A stretch of DNA of 64,000 nucleotides, taken from assembly GCF_009914755.1 (NCBI RefSeq), contig NC_060946.1; one strand, given 5' to 3'. A model generated the notes under the pieces. It was not told the origin of the DNA and ran no database searches. It saw only the letters and a list, made by a program, of their open reading frames with translations. This DNA comes from the human T2T-CHM13v2.0 reference genome, Homo sapiens. The stretch's first letter is position 1. Each line of letters begins with the position of its first letter. A program made the position numbers and the translations under genes. Positions 30,601 to 47,826 of the stretch are shown here, in pieces.

Positions 30601-33600
30601 TGAACAGTGCAGAGATATGTCACAATGCCACTGTTGGCACAGCCCAGACAAGAGTCCCATCAACTGGGTGATCAGTGCATGGATATGTCACAAAGCACCC
30701 TGTAGGCAGATCCTAGAGAAGAGTTATATCTCCTGTGTGATCAGTGCAGAGATATGTCACAAGCCCCCTGTAGGCAGAGCCTTGACAAGAGTTATATCAC
30801 CTGGGTGATCAGTGCAATGATATGACACAATGCCGTGTAGCCAGAGCCTAGACTAAACTTACAGCAACTGGGAAATCAGTGCAGAGATATGTCACAATTT
30901 CCCCAGTAGGCAGAGACCAGGCAAGAGTTGGATCACCTCGGGATCAGTGCAGAGATATGTCTGAATCCCCCTGTGGGCACAGCCTAGACAAGAGTTATAT
31001 CACCTCGGTTAAACAGTGCAGGGATATGTCAAAATGCCCCTGTAGGCAGAGCCTACAAAAGTGTTACATCACTTAGGTGATCAGTGCAGAGATATGTCAC
31101 AATACCCCCTGTAAGCAGAACCTAGACCACAGTTACATCACCTGGGTGATCAGTACAGAGATATGTGAGAATTCCCGTGTAGGCAGAGCCTAGACAAGTG
31201 TTACATCACCTAGGTTATCAGTGCAGGTATAAGTCATAAAGCCTCCTGTAGGCAGAGAGTAGACAAGAGAGTCCTCCCCAGGGTGATCAGTGCAGAGATG
31301 TGTCACAAAGCCCACGTAGGCAGAGGCTAGACAAGAGTTTCATCACTTGGTTGATCATTTCAGAGATCTGTCACAATGTCCATGTAGGCACACCTAAGAC
31401 AACAGTCCATCACCTGGGTGGTCAGTGCAGAGATATGTACCAATGTTCCCTGTCGGCAGTGTCTAGACAAGAGTTGCATCACCTCAGAGATCACTGCAGA
31501 GATATGTCACACAGCCTTCTGTAGGCAAAGCCCATACAAGGGTTACATCACCTAGGTGATCAGTGCTGTGATATGTCACAAAAATCCCTGTAGAGAGAGC
31601 CTAGAAAAGAGTTACATCACCTGGGTGATCAGTGCAGATATTTGACACAATGCCCCAATAGACAGAGCCTAGACAAGACTTCCATCACGTGGGTGATCAG
31701 TGCAGAGATATGTCACAAATCTCCCTCTAGACAGAACCTAGACAAGAGTTACGTCACCTGGGTGATCAGGGCAGTGACATGCCACAATGTCCCTGTAGCC
31801 ATATCCTTGACAATAGTGACATCAACTGGGTGATCAGTGTGGAGATATGTCATAATATCTCCAGTAGGCTGAGCCTACACAAGAGTTACATCACCTGGGT
31901 GATCACGGCAGAGATATGTCACAATGCCGCCTGTAAGCAGATCCCAGACAATAGTTGCATCACCTCGGTGACCAGTGCAGAGATATGTCTCAATGCCCCC
32001 TGTCGGCAAAGCCTATACAAGAGTTACATCATCTCGGTGATCAGTGCAGTGATATGTGAAAATGCCCCCGTAGGCAGAGCCTAGACAAGAGTTACATAAA
32101 CCGGGTGATCCGTGCAGAGTGAAGTTACAACGCCCTCTGTAGGCAGAGACTAGAAAAGAGTTACATCACCTGGGTGATCAGTGCAGAGATGTGTCACAAT
32201 GCCCCCTGTAGGCAGAGGATAGAGAAGAGTTGCATCACCTGGGTGATCAGTGCAGAGATATGTCACAATGTCCCCTGTAGGCAGAGCATAGAGAAGAGTT
32301 GCATCACTTGGGTGATCTGTGCAGAGACATGTCACAATGTCCCCTGTAAGCAAAGCCAAGGCAAGAGTTAAATCACCTTTGTCGTCAGTTCAGGGACATG
32401 TGAAAATGACCCTGTAGGCAGAGCCTAGACAAGAGTTACACCACCTAGTTGATCAGTGCAGACATATTTCACAATAACCCCTATAGGCAGATCCTAGACA
32501 AGAGTTGAATCACCTGGATGATCAGTGCAGAGATATTTCCCAATGCCCCCTTTGGGCAGAGGGTAGACAAGAGTTACATCACCTAGGTGATCAGTTCAGA
32601 GGTTTGTCAAAATTCCCTGTAGGCAGTGCTTATAAAAGTGTTACATCACCTAAGTGATCAGTTCAGAGATATGTCACAAAGCTCCTGTAGGCAGAACTTA
32701 GATGAGTTACGTCACCTGGGTGGTCAGTGCAAACGTATGTCACAAAACCCCTTGTAGGCAAAGCCTAGACAATAGTTATGTCACGTGGGTGATCAGTGGA
32801 GAGATATCTCACAATTCCACTGTAGGCAGAGCTTATACAAGTGTTACATCACCTGGGTGATCAGTGCAGAGATATGTCCCAATGCCCCCATAGGCAGATC
32901 CAAGACCAGAGTCCGTCACCTGGGTGATCAGTGCAGAAATATGTCACAATGTCCCCTTAGGGAGATCCTAGACAAAAGCCCCATCACCTGGATGATCAGT
33001 GCAGAGTTATGTCACAAAGTCCCTTTAGGCAGATCCTAGACAAGAGTTACATCACTTGGATGATGAGTGCAGAGATATATCACAATGCCACTGTAGGAAG
33101 AGCCTAGACAAGAGTTACATGACCTAGGTGATCAGTGCAGAGATACATCGCAATGTCCCTGTAGGCAGAGCCTTGGCAAGTGCTATATCACCTGGGTGAT
33201 AATTGCAGGGATATGTCACAAAGCACCCTGTAGGGAGATCCTAGAGAAGTTTTATATCACCTGGGTGATCAGTGCAGAGATATGTCACAAGCCCCCTGTA
33301 GGCAGATCCTAGACAAGAGTGAAATCAGCTGGGTGATCAGTGCTGTGATATGTCACAATGCCATGTAGCCAGAGCCTAGACTAAAGTTACAGCACCTGGG
33401 AGATCAGTGCAGAGATATGTCACAATGTCCCCAGTAGGCAGAGACCAGGCAAGAGTTGGATCACCTCGGGATCAGTGCAGAGATATGTCTCGATCCCCCT
33501 TTGGGCACAGCCTAGACAAGAGTTACATCACCTCGTTTAACAGTGCAGAGATATGTCAAAATGCCCCTGTAGGCAGAGCCTACACCAGAGTTTCATCACT

Positions 33601-34307
33601 TAGGTGATCAGTACAGAGATATGTCACAATACCCCCTGTAATCAGAGCCTAGACAAGAGTTACATCACCTGGGTGATCAGTGCAGAGATATCTGAAAAGG
33701 CCCCTTTAAGCAGAACCTAGACAATAGTTACATCACCTGAGTTATCAGTGCAGAGATATGTCACAATGCCCCCATAGGCAAATCCAAGACAAGAGTCTGT
33801 CACCTGGGTGATCAGTACAGAAAAATGTGACAATGCCCCCAGTAGGCACAGCCTAGGGTAGAGTCCCATCACCTAGGTGATCGATGCAGAGATATATCAC
33901 AATGCCCCTGCATGCAGAGTGTAAGCAAGAGTTACATCACCTAGATGATCAGTGCAGAGATATGTCACAAGGCCCACTATAGGCGGAGCCTGGACAAGAG
34001 TTACATCACGGTGGTGATCAATGAAGTGATATGTCACTATGCCCTGTAGGCAGAGCCTAGTCAAGAGTTACATCACCTGGGTGATCAGTGCAGAAATATG
34101 TCACAATGCCCCCATAGGCAGATCCAACACAATGGTTACATCACCTTGGTGATCAGTGTAGAGATATGTCACAATGCCCCCATAGGCAGAGCCTAGACAA
34201 AAGTCCCATCACCTGGGTGATCAGTGCAGAGATATGTCACAAAACCCCTGTAGGCCGAGCCTAGACAAATATTACATCACTTTGTTGATCAGTTCAGAGA
34301 TGTGTCA
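27634..34307 (+). repeat. Beta-satellite block 5
   Basis: Tandem 68-bp monomers. Confidence 0.97.
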
Positions 34308-34916
34308 TGCTGACTGTTTGATCCCGGAGCTCTGCGGTCATCCAGAAACATGCAGGGAAGGGTGGAAGACCAACATGGTGGCTTCGCTCTCCTTGCCAGT
34401 TTCGAAACCAGCCACACTGCAGACTCCCCATGTTGCCGCACACGGGAATCCATCGTCAGTCCATCACGCCGTGGAGGCATCTTCTCTCTGGGGTCTCGCT
34501 CTGGTCTCCTACGTGGAAATGAACGAGAGCCACACGCCCGTGAGTGTGAGACTCTCCCGGCAACGGAGACACCCACAGACACTGCCTCCTTCACGGTGAG
34601 AGGGTCTGTTACACTCCAGACTCCCACGGAAGTTCAGTTCCATACTCCCCTCCACCCTCCCAGGCCGGTTTCTCCCTGCTGAAGACGCGTGGGAGCCCAG
34701 AGAGCCTCTTCCTGTTCCCACGAGATTCCTGGAGAGGTCCGGAGAGCCAGCCCCCGAAACGCGCCTGCCTCACCCCTTCCCCCTCGCCCCCTTCCTCTTC
34801 GTGTCTCCGGCCCCACCACCAATATCACCACGTCTAACACCCCCACACCACCACACCCCTGGCCACAGGCCTGGATGCTCTGGGACGCTTCTGGGGTGGG
34901 GCGGGCTGTCCCAGGG

Positions 34917-36362
<1,446 letters not shown>

Positions 36363-37063
36363 TACACAGGGTTGGGACAGGGTCGGGTCGGGGAAGGGTG
36401 GTGGCCTCTCTTTCCCGGGGAACAACTGGCTGGCTATAGAGGGGCGTGACTTCCCCCGCCACTTCCACCGGGCTGACCGGCCTGGGATTCCTGCCTTCTA
36501 GGTCTAGGACCGGTGAGAGACTCCACCCAGTGGAGAACTGCCTTTCTTTCCAGGGCATCCTGGGGATCCCAGAGCCAGTCCAGGTACCAATAGGTGGGCC
36601 ACCAACTGCGCACGCGCGGGTTTGCGTGCAGCTACCTGGGCTGTGGCAGCAGCCCGGGCAGAGCTCTCATGCCTTTCCACCACCCCTCCCCTGACTGACC
36701 ACTCCCTCCCCACCCCCACCCCCCACCCCCGGAAAATGCATCCTCCCCTGGGCTGGGTGGAGACCACCATCCCGTGAAACACCGGGCCTGTGCAGCGTCC
36801 AGGCCTGACACCCCTCCAGTGGCTCACATCCTCTGCACCTCTGTGACACCGTCACAGGCCCGTGCGTGCCCTGCAGCCTCCCAGCTGCCACAATGAAGCG
36901 CCTTGCAGCGGAACACAGACTTCTAGCTCTCTTTGCGGGCCTCCTGGCTAGATCTGCGCTCATTGCGCACCACAGCTGACTTGCAAGGGAGCCCACTGGC
37001 CTCTCTGTGCCCTTGTCCATCCGTGAAATTCCAGCTGAGCCTCACCCAACACGTTGCGAAGCT

Positions 37064-40000
37064 CTTTAGTCAAAGCCTGGAGAATAGTTACATCTCCTGG
37101 ATGATCAGTTCAGAAATATGTCACAATGCCACCTCCCTGTGGAGCCTAGAGAAGATTGGCATCATTTGGGTGATCAGTGCAGAGATATATCACAATGTCC
37201 CCTGTACAAACAGCCTGGAAATGATTTACATCACCTCGGTGATCAGTGCATAGGTATGTCAGAAATCCCCAGTAGGCTGAACCTAGACAAGGGTTACATC
37301 ACTTAGGTGATCAGTGTAGAGATATGTGAAAATTGACCTGTAGACAGAGCCCAGACAAGTGTTAAACCAACTAGTGACCAGTGCACGGATAACTCATAAA
37401 GCCTCCTGTAGGCAGAGTGTAGACAATTGTTTCCTCCCAGGGGTGATCAGTGCAGAGATATGTCACAAGGCCCCTGTAAGCAGAACCTTGACAAGAGTTA
37501 CATCACCTGTTTGATCAGTGGAAATGTATATCACAAAGCCCCCTGTAGGCAAAGCCCAGACAATTGTTACATCAGCTGGGTGAGCAGTGGAGAGATCTGT
37601 CACAATGCCCCTGTAGGCAGAGCTTAGACAAGGGTTACATCACCTGGGTGATCAGTGCAGAGATATGTCAAAACGCTCCTGTAGGCTGAACCTAGACAGG
37701 AGTTACATCACCTGGGTGCTCAGTGCAGAGATATGTGAGAATTCCAGTGTAGGCAGAGCCTATACAAGTGTTACATCACCTAGGTTATCAGTGCAGGTAT
37801 AAGTCATAAAGCGTCCTGTAGACAGAGCATGGACAAGAATTCCCTCCCCTGGGTGATCAGTCCAGAGATGTGTCACAAAGCCCCTGTAGGCAGAGCCTAG
37901 ACAAGAGTTTCATCACTTGGTTGATCAGTTCAGAGATGTGTCACAATGTCCATGTAGGCAGATCTAAGACAAGAGTCAATCACCTGGGTGATCAGTGCAG
38001 AGAGATGTACCAATGTCCATTGTAGGCAGTGCCTAGACAAGAGTTGCATCACCTCAGAGATCAGTGCACAGATGTGTCACAAAGACTTCTGTAGGCAAAG
38101 CCCATACAAGGCTTACATAACCTGGACGATCAGTGCAGTGATATGTCACAAAAATCCCTGTAGACAGAGCCTAGACAAGAGTTACATCACCTGGGTGATC
38201 AGTGCAGATATTTGACACAATGCCCCCATAGAGAGAGCCTAGACGAGAATTCCATCACCTGGATGATAAGTGCAGAGATATATCACAAATCTCCCTCTAG
38301 GCAGAATATAAAGAAGAGTCCCATCACCTAAGTGATCAGTGCAGAGATATTTCACAATGCCCCCTGTAGGCAGAGAGTAGACAAGAGTTACATAACCTAG
38401 GTGATCTGTGCAGAGCTATGTCAAAACGCCCCTGTAGGAAGAGCCTAGATAAATGTTACATCACCTGTGTGATCAGTGCAGAGATACGTCACAATAGCCC
38501 CTGTAGGTGGAGCCTAGACAAGAGTTACATCACCTGGGTGATCAGTGCAGAAATATGTCACAAAGCACCTGTAGGCCGAGCCTAGAAATGAGTTACATGT
38601 CCTGGGTAATCAGAGCAAAGATATGTCTCAAAGCCCCCTGTAGACAAATACGAGAAAATTGTTACAGCACCTGGGTAATCAGTGGAGATATCTGTCACAA
38701 TTCCTCTTTAGGCGCAGCTTAGACAAGCATAACATCACATGAGTCATCAGTGCAGAGATATGTCACTATGCCCCCATAGGAAGATCCAAGACAAGAGTCC
38801 ATCACCTGGGTGATCAGTGCAGAAATATGCCACAATGCCGCCAGTAGGCAGATATGGACAACAGTTACACCACCTGCGTGATCACTGCAGAGATATGTCA
38901 CAATGCACCTCTGGGCAGAGCCTAGACAAGATTCCCATCACCTGGGTGATCAGTGCAGACTTATGTCACAATGTCCCCTTTTGGCAGAGCCTAGACAAGG
39001 GTTACATCACCTGGGTGATCAGTGCAGAGATGTGTCACAAGCCCCCTGTCGGCAGAGCCTAGACAAGAGTTACATCAACTGTGTGATCAGTGCACTGACA
39101 TGTCACAATGTCCCTGTAGCCATATCCTTGACAATAGTGACATCACCTGGGTGATCAGTGCGGAGATATGTCACAATATCTCCAGTAGGCAGAGACTAGA
39201 CAAGAGTTATATCACCTGGGTGATCAGGGCAGAGATATGTCACAGTGCCCCCTGTAAGCAGATCCCAGACAACAGTTGCATCACCTCAGTGATAAGTGCA
39301 GATATATGTCACAAGGCCCCCTGTCGGCGAAGCCTATACTAGAGTTATATCATCTCGCTGATCAGTGCAGTGATATGTTAAAATGCCCCTGTGGGCAGAG
39401 CCTAGACAATAGTTACATCACCTAGGTGATCAGTGCAGAGATATATCATAAATCCCACTGTAGGTAAAGCCTAGACAAGTTTTACATCACCTCAGCAATC
39501 AGTGCAGAGATATGTCCCAATGTCCCTCTAGGCAGAGCTTCGACAAGTCCTGTGTGTTCAGTGCAGAGATAAGTCACAATGCCCCCAGAGGCAGAGCCTA
39601 GACAAGAGTTACACAACCCGGGTGATCCGTGCAGAGTGATGTCACAACGCCCTCTGTAGGCAGAGACTAGAAAAGTGTTACAACCTCTGGGTGATCAGTG
39701 CAGAGATATGTCACAATGCCTCCTGTAGGCAGAGCATAGAGAAGACTTGCATCACCTGGGTGATCAGTGCAGAGATATGTCACAATGTCCCCTGTAGGCA
39801 AAGACTAGGCAAGAGTTACATCACATTTGTCATCAGTTCAGGGATACATGAAAACGCCCCTGTAGGCAGAGCCTAGACAGGTGTTACATCACCTAGTTGA
39901 TCAGTGCAGAGATGTTTCACAATACACCCTGAAGGTAGATCCTAGACAAGAGTTGAATCACCTGGGTGATCAGTGTTGAGATATTTCACAATACCCCCAT

Positions 40001-43000
40001 TGGGAAGAGGGTAGACAAGAGTTACATCACCTAGGTGATCAGTGCAGAGATTTGTCAAAATTCCCTGTAGGCAGTGCTTATAAAACTGTTACATCACCTA
40101 AGTGATCAGTGCAGAGATATGTCACAAAGCTCCTTTAGGCAGAACTTAGATGAGTTACGTCACCTGGGTGATCAGTGCAAAGGTATGTCACAAAGCCTCC
40201 TGTAGGCAAAGCCTAGACAATAGTTACATCACTTGGGTGATCAGTGGCGTGATCTCTCACAATTCCCCTGTAGGCAGAGCTTATACAACAGTTACATCAC
40301 CTGGGTGATCAGTGCAGAGATATATCCCAATGCCCCCATAGGCAGATCGAAGACAAGATTCCGTCACCTGGGTGATCAGTGCAGAAATATGTCACAATGC
40401 CACCTTCGGCAGAGTCTAGACAAAAGCCCCATCACCTGGATGATCAGTGCAGAGTTATGTCACAAAGTCCCTTTAGGCAGATCCTAGACAAGTGTTACAT
40501 CACTTGGATGATCAGTGCAGAGATATGTCACAATGCCACTGTAGGCAGAGCCTAGACAAGAGTTGCATGACCTAGGTGATAGGTGCAGAGATACATCGCA
40601 ATGTCCCTGTAGGCAGAGCCTTGACAAGTGGCACATCACCTGGGTGATCATTGCAGGGATATGTCACAAAGCACCATGTAGGCAGATCCTAGAGAAGAGT
40701 TAAATCACCTGGGTGTTCAGTGCGGAGATATGTCACAATGCCACTGTAGGCAGAGCCTAAACAAGTGTTCCATGACCTAGGTGATCAGTGCAGAGATACA
40801 TCGCAGTGCCCCTGTAGGCAGAGCCTTGACAGGTGGTATATCACCTGGCTGATCATTGCAGGTATATGTCACAAAGCACCCTGTAGGCAGATGCTATTGA
40901 AGAGTTATATCACCTGGGTGAGCAGTGCAGATACATGTAAGAAGACCCTGTAGGCAGAGCCTGGACAAGAGATATATCACCTGGGTGATCAGTGCAGTGA
41001 TATGTCACAATGCCGTGTAGCCACAGCCTAGACTAAAGTTACAGCACCTGGGAGATCAGTGCAGAGATATGTCACAATGTCCCCAGTATGCAGAGACCAG
41101 GCAAGAGTTGGATCACATCGTGATCATTGCAGAGATACGTCACAAAACCCCCTGTAGGTGGAGCCTAGACAACAGTTACATCACCTGGGTGATCAGTACA
41201 GAGATATCTCACAAAGCCCCTGTAGGCAGAGCCTAAACAAGAGTTACATCACCTGGGTCATCAGTGCAGAAATATGTCACAAAGCCCCTGAAGGCCGAGC
41301 CTAAACAAGAGTTACATCTTCTGGGTGATCAGTGCAAAGATATGTCACAAAGCCCCCTGTAGACAAATCCCAGAAAATTGTTACATCACCTGGGTGATCA
41401 GTGGAGATATCTGTCAAAATTCCCGTTTAGGCGCAGCTTAGACAAGTGTTACATCACATGAGTGATCACTGCAGAGATATGCCAATAGGCTCCTGTAGGC
41501 TGAAGATAGACAGGAGTTACATCACCTGGGTGATCAGTGCAGAGATATGTGAGAATTCCCATGTAGGCAGAGCCTAGACAAGTGTTACATCACCTAGGTT
41601 ATCAGTGCAGGTATAAGTCATAAAGCCTCCTGTAGGCAGAGCATAGACAAGAGTTCCCTCCCCTGGGTGATCAGTGCAAAGATGTGTCACAAAGCCCCTG
41701 AAGGCAGAGCCTGGACAAGAGTTTCATCACTTGCTTGATCAGTTCAGAGATGTGTCAAAATGTCCATGTAGGCAGATCTAAGACAAGAGTCCATCATCTG
41801 GGTGATCAGTGCAGAGAGGTGTACCAATGTCCCTGTAGGCAGTGCCTAGACAAGAGTTGCATTACCTCAGAGATCAGTGCTTAGATATGTCACAAAGCCT
41901 TCTGTAGGCAAAGCCCATACAAGGCTTACATCATCTAGGTGATCAGTGCAGGGATATGTCACAAAAATCCCTGTAGACAGAGCCTAGAAAAGAGTTACAT
42001 CACCTGGGTGATCAGTGCAGATACTTGACACAATGCCCGCATAGTCAGAGTCTAGACAAGATTTCCATCACCTGGGTGATCAGTGCAGAGATATGTCACA
42101 AAGCCCCTGTAGGCAGAGCATAGAAAAGAATTACATCACCTGGGTGATCAGTGGAGAAATATGTCACAAAGCCCCTGTAGGCCGAGCCTAGACAAGGGTT
42201 ACATCACCTGGGCGATCAGTGGAGAGATGTGTCACAAGCCCCCTGTAGCCAGAGCCTAGGCAAGAGTTACATCAGCTTTGTGATCAGTGCAGTGATATGT
42301 CACAATGTCCCTCTAGCCATATCCTTGACAAAAGTGACTTCACCTGGGTGATCAGTTCGGAGATGTGTCACAATGTCTCCAGTATGCAGAGACTAGACAA
42401 GAGTTACATCACCTGAGTGAGCAGGGCAGAGATATGTCACAGTGCCCCCTGTAAGCAGATCCCAGACAAGAGTTGCATCACCACGGTGATCAGTGCAGAC
42501 ATATATCTCAATGACCCTGTCGCCGAAGCCTATACAAATGTTACATCATCTCGGTGATCAGTGCAGTGATATGTGAAAATGCCCCTGAAGGCAGAGCCTA
42601 GACAAGAGTTACATCACCTGGGTGATCAGTGCAGAGATATCTCACAATACCCCCTGTAAGCAGAGCCTAGACAAGAGTTACATCACCTGGGTGATCAGTG
42701 CAGAGATATGTCATAAATCCCACTGTAGGCAAAGCCTAGAGAAGTTTTTCATCACCTCAGCGATCAGTGCAGAGATATGTCCCCGTGTCCCCCTAGGCAG
42801 AGCTTAGACAAGAGTTACATAACCCGGGTGATTCGTGCAGAGTGATAACACAACGCCCTCTGTAGGCAGAGACTAGAAAAGAGTTACATCACCTGGGCTA
42901 TCAGTGCAGAGATATGTCACAATTCCCCATGTAAGCAGAGCCTAGACAAGAGTTACATCACCTGTGTTATCAATGCAGAGATATGTCACAATGTCTCCTG

Positions 43001-46000
43001 TAGGCAGAGCATAGAGAAGAGTTGCATCACCTGGGTGATCAGTGCAGAGATATGTCACAATGTTCAATGTAGGCAAAGCCTAGGCAAGAGTTACATCACA
43101 TTTTTCATCAGTTCAGGGATATATGAAAACGTCCCTGTAGAGAGAGCTTGGACAAGATTTACATCACCTAGTTGATCAGTGCAGAGATATTTCACAATAC
43201 CCGCTGTAGGCAGATCCTAGACAAGAGTTGAATCACCTGGGTGATCAGTGCAGAGATATGTCACAAAGCTCCTGTAGGCAGAACTTAGATGAGTTACAGC
43301 ACCTGGGTGATCAGTGCAAAGGAACCTCACAAAGCCCTCTGTAGGCAAAGCCTCGACAATAGTTACATCACTTGGGTGATCAGTGGCGAGATCACTCACA
43401 ATTCCCCTGTAGGCGGAGCTTATACAACATTTACATCACCTGGGTGATCAGTGCAGAGATATGTCACAATGCCACCATAGGCAGACCCAAGACAAGTGTC
43501 CGTCACCTGGGTGATCAGTGCAGAAATATGTCACAATGCCCCCTTAGGCAAAGCCTAGACAAAAGCCCCATCACCTGGATGATCAGTGCAGAGTTATGTC
43601 ACAAAGTCCCTTTAGGCAGATCCTAGACAAGAGTTACATCACTTGGATGATCAGTGCAGAGATATGTCACAATGCCACTGTAGGCAGAGCCTAGACAAGT
43701 GTTACATGACCTAGGTGATCAGTGCAGAGATACTTCGCAATGCCCCTGTAGGCAGAGCCTTGACAAGTGCTATATCACCTGGGTGATCATTGCAGGTATA
43801 TGTCACAAAGCACCCTGTAGGCAGATCCTAGAAAAGAGTTACATCACCTGGGTGATCAGTGCAGACATATGTCACAATGCCACTGTAGGCAAAGCCTAGA
43901 CAAGAGTTACATGACCTAGGTGATCTCTGCAGAGATACATCAAAATGCCCCTGTAGGCAAAGCTTTGACAAGTGATATATCACCTGGGTGATCATTGCAG
44001 GGATATGTCACAAAGCACCCTGTAGGCACATCCTAGAGAACAGTTATATCACCTTGGTGATCAGTGCAGGGATATGTCACAAGCCCCCTGTAGGCAGAGC
44101 CTAGACAAGAGTTATATCACCTGGGTGATCAGTGCAGTGATATGTCACAATACCGTGTAGCCAGAGCCTAGACTAAAGTTACAGCACCTGGGAGATCAGT
44201 GCAGAGATATGTCACAATGTCCCCAGTAGGCAGAGACCAGGCAAGAGTTGGATCACCTCAGGATCAGTGCAGAGATATGTCTCAATACCCCTGTGGGCAC
44301 AGCCTAGAAAAGAGTTACATCACCTCTGTTAACAGTGCAGAGATATATCAAAATGCCCCTGTAGGCAGAGCCTACACAAGTGTTACATCACTTAGGTGAT
44401 CAGTGGAGAGATATGTCACAGTACCACCTGTAAGCAGAGCCTAGGCAAGAGTTACATCACCTGGGTGATCAGTGCAGAGGTACGTCACAATGCCCCCTCT
44501 AGGTGGAGCTAAGACAAGAGTTACATCACCAGAGTGATCAGTGCAGAGATCTATCACAATGCCCCTTTAGGCAGAGCTTAGACCAGAGTTACATCACGTG
44601 GGTGATCAGTGCAGAGATATGTCACAATGCCCCCATAGACAAATCCAAGACAAGAGTCCGTCACCTGGGTGATCAGTGCAGAAATATGTGACAATGCCCC
44701 CAGTAGGCAGAGCCTAGAGGAGAGTCTCATAACCTGGGTGATCAGTGAAGGGATATTTCAATACGCCCCTGCAGGCAGAGTGTAAGCAAGAGTTACATCA
44801 CCTAAATGATCAGTGCAGAGATATGTCACAAGGCCACCTATAGGCAGAGCCTGGACAAGAGTTACATCACCTCGGTGATCAATGCTGTGATATGTCACTA
44901 TGCCCCATAGGTAGAGCCTAGTCAAGCGTTACATCACCTGGGTGATCAGTGCACAGATATGTCACAAAGTCCCCATACACAGAGCCTAGACAAGAGTCTC
45001 ATCACCTAGATGATCAGTGCAGAAATATGTCACAATGCACCCATAGGCAGATCCAACACAAGAGTTACATCACCTGGGTGATCATTGTAGACGTATGTCA
45101 CAATGCCCCCATAGGTAGAGCCCAGACAAGTGTCCCATCACCTGGGAGATCAGTGCAGAAATATGTCACAGTGCCCCCATAGGCAGAGCCTAGACAAAAG
45201 TCCCATCACCACGGTGATCGGTGCAGAGATATGTCACAAAGCCCCTGTAGGCAGAGCCAAGTCAACAGTTACATCACCTGGGTGATCAGGGCAGAGATAT
45301 GTCACAATGCCCCCTGCAAGCAGATCCCAGAGAAGAGTTGCATCACCTCAGTGATCAGTGCAGAGATATGTCTCAATGACCCCTGTCGGCGAACCCTTTA
45401 CAAGAGTTACATCATCTCGGTGATCAGTGCAGTGATATGTTAAAATGCTCCTGTAGGCAGACCCTAGACAAGAGTTACATCACCTCGGTGATCAGTGCAG
45501 AGATGTGTCATAAATCCCACTGTAGGCAAAGTTAAGACAAGTTTTGCATAAACTCAGTGATCAGTGCAGAGATATGTCCCAATGTCCCTCTAGGCAGAGC
45601 TTAGATAAGAGTCACAGCTCCTGGGTGATCAGTACAGTGATAAGTCACAATGCCCTCATAGGCAGATCCCAGACAAGAGTTACATAACCCGGGTGATCCG
45701 TGCAGAGTGATGTCACAACGCCCTCTGTAGGCAGAGACAAGAAAAGCGTTACATCACCTGGGTGATCAGTGCAGAGATATGTCACAATGCCCCCTGTAGG
45801 CAGAGCATAGAGAAGAGTTGCATCACCTGGGTGATCAGTGCAGATATATGTCACAATGTCCCCTGTAAGCAAAGCCTAGGCAAGTGTTACATCACCTTTG
45901 TCATCAGTTCAGGAATATGTGAAAACGCCCCTGTAGGCAGAGCCTAGATAAGAGTTACACCACCTAGTTGATCAGTGCAGAGATATTTCACTATACCCAC

Positions 46001-47826
46001 TGTAGGCAGATCCAAGACAAGAGTTGAATCACCTGGGTGATCAGTGCAGAGATATTTCACAATGCTCCCTTTGGGCAGAGGGTAGACAATAGTTACATCA
46101 CCTAGGTGATCAGTGCAGAGATTTGTCAAATTTTCTGTAGGCAGTGCTTACAAAAGTGTTACATCACCTAAGTGATCAGTGCAGAGATATGTCACAAAGC
46201 TCCTGTAGGCAGAACTTTGATGAGTTACATCACCTGGGTGATCAGTGCAAAGGTATGTCAAAAAGCCCCCTGTAGGGAAAGCCTAGACAATAGTTCCAAT
46301 AATTGGGTGATCAGTGGTGAGATCTCTCACAATTCCCCTGTAGGCAGAGCTTATACAACAGATACATCACCTGGGTGATCAGTGCAGAGATATGTCAAAA
46401 TGCTCCCAAAGGCAGATCCTAAACAAGTGTTACATTACCTGGGTTATCAGTGCAGACATATGTCACAATGCCACTGTAGGCAGAGCCTAGACAAGAGTTA
46501 CATGACATAGGTGATCAGTGTAGAGATACATCGCAATGCCCCTGTAGACAAAGCCTTGACAAGTGGTATATCAGCTGGGTGATCATTGCAGGGTTATGTC
46601 ACAAAGCACCCTGTAGGCAGATCATAGAGAAGAGTTATATCACCTGGGTGATCAGTGAAGAGATATGTCACAAGACCCCTGTAGGCAGAGCCTAGTCAAG
46701 GGTTATATCACCTGGGTGATCAGTGCAGTGATATGTCACGATGCCGTGTAGCCAGAGCCTAGACTAAATTTACAGCACCTGGGAGATCAGTGCAGAGATA
46801 TGTCACAATGTCCCCAGTATGCAGAGACCAGGCAAGAGTTGGATCACCTCGGGATCAGTGCAGAGATATGTCTCAATCCCCCTGTGGTCACAGCCTAGAC
46901 AAGATTTACATCACCTCGGTTAACAGTGCAGAGATATGTCAAAATGTCCCTGCAGGAAGAGCCTACACAAGTGTTATATCACTTAGGTGATCAGTGAAGA
47001 GATATGTCACAATACCCCCTGTAAGCAGGGCCTAGACAAGAGTTACATCACCTGGGTGATCAGTGCAGAGATATGTGACAAGGCCCCTTTAAGCAGAGCC
47101 TAGACAATAGTTACATCACCTGAGTGATCACTGCAGAGTTCTGTCACAATGCCCCTTTAGGCAGAGCTTAGACCAGATTTACATCACATGGGTGATCAGT
47201 GCAGAGATAAGTCACAATGTCCCCATAGGCAAATCCAACACAAGAGTCCGTCACCTGGGTGATCAGTGCAGAAATATGTGACCATGCCCCCTGTAGGCAG
47301 AGCCTAGAGTAGAGTCCCATCACCTGGGTGATCACTGCAGAGATATTTCACAATGCCCCTGCAGGCAGAGAGTAAACAAGAGTTACATCACCTAGATGAT
47401 CTGTGCAGAGATATGTCACAAGGCCCCCTATAGGCAGAGCCTGGAAAAGAGTTACATCACCTCGGTGATCAATGCAGTGATATGTCACTATGCCCCGTAG
47501 GCGGAGCCTAGTCAAGCGTTACATCACCTGGGTGATCAGTGCAGAGATATGTCTCAAAGCCCCCATATGCAGAGCCTAGACAAGAGCCCCAACACTTGGG
47601 TGATCAGTGCAGTAATATGTCACAATGCCCCAATAGACAGATCCAGCACAAGAGTTACATCACCTGGGTGATCAGTGTAGAGATATGTCAACATGCCTCC
47701 ATAGGCAGAGCATAGACAAAAGTCCCATCACCTGGATGATAAAGGCAGAGATATATCACAAACCCCCTGTAGGCAGAGCCTAAACAAGTGTTACATCAGT
47801 TTGTTGATCAGTTCAGAGATGTGTCA
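37064..47826 (+). repeat. Beta-satellite block 6 (longest, ~10.8 kb)
   Basis: Tandem 68-bp monomers. Confidence 0.97.
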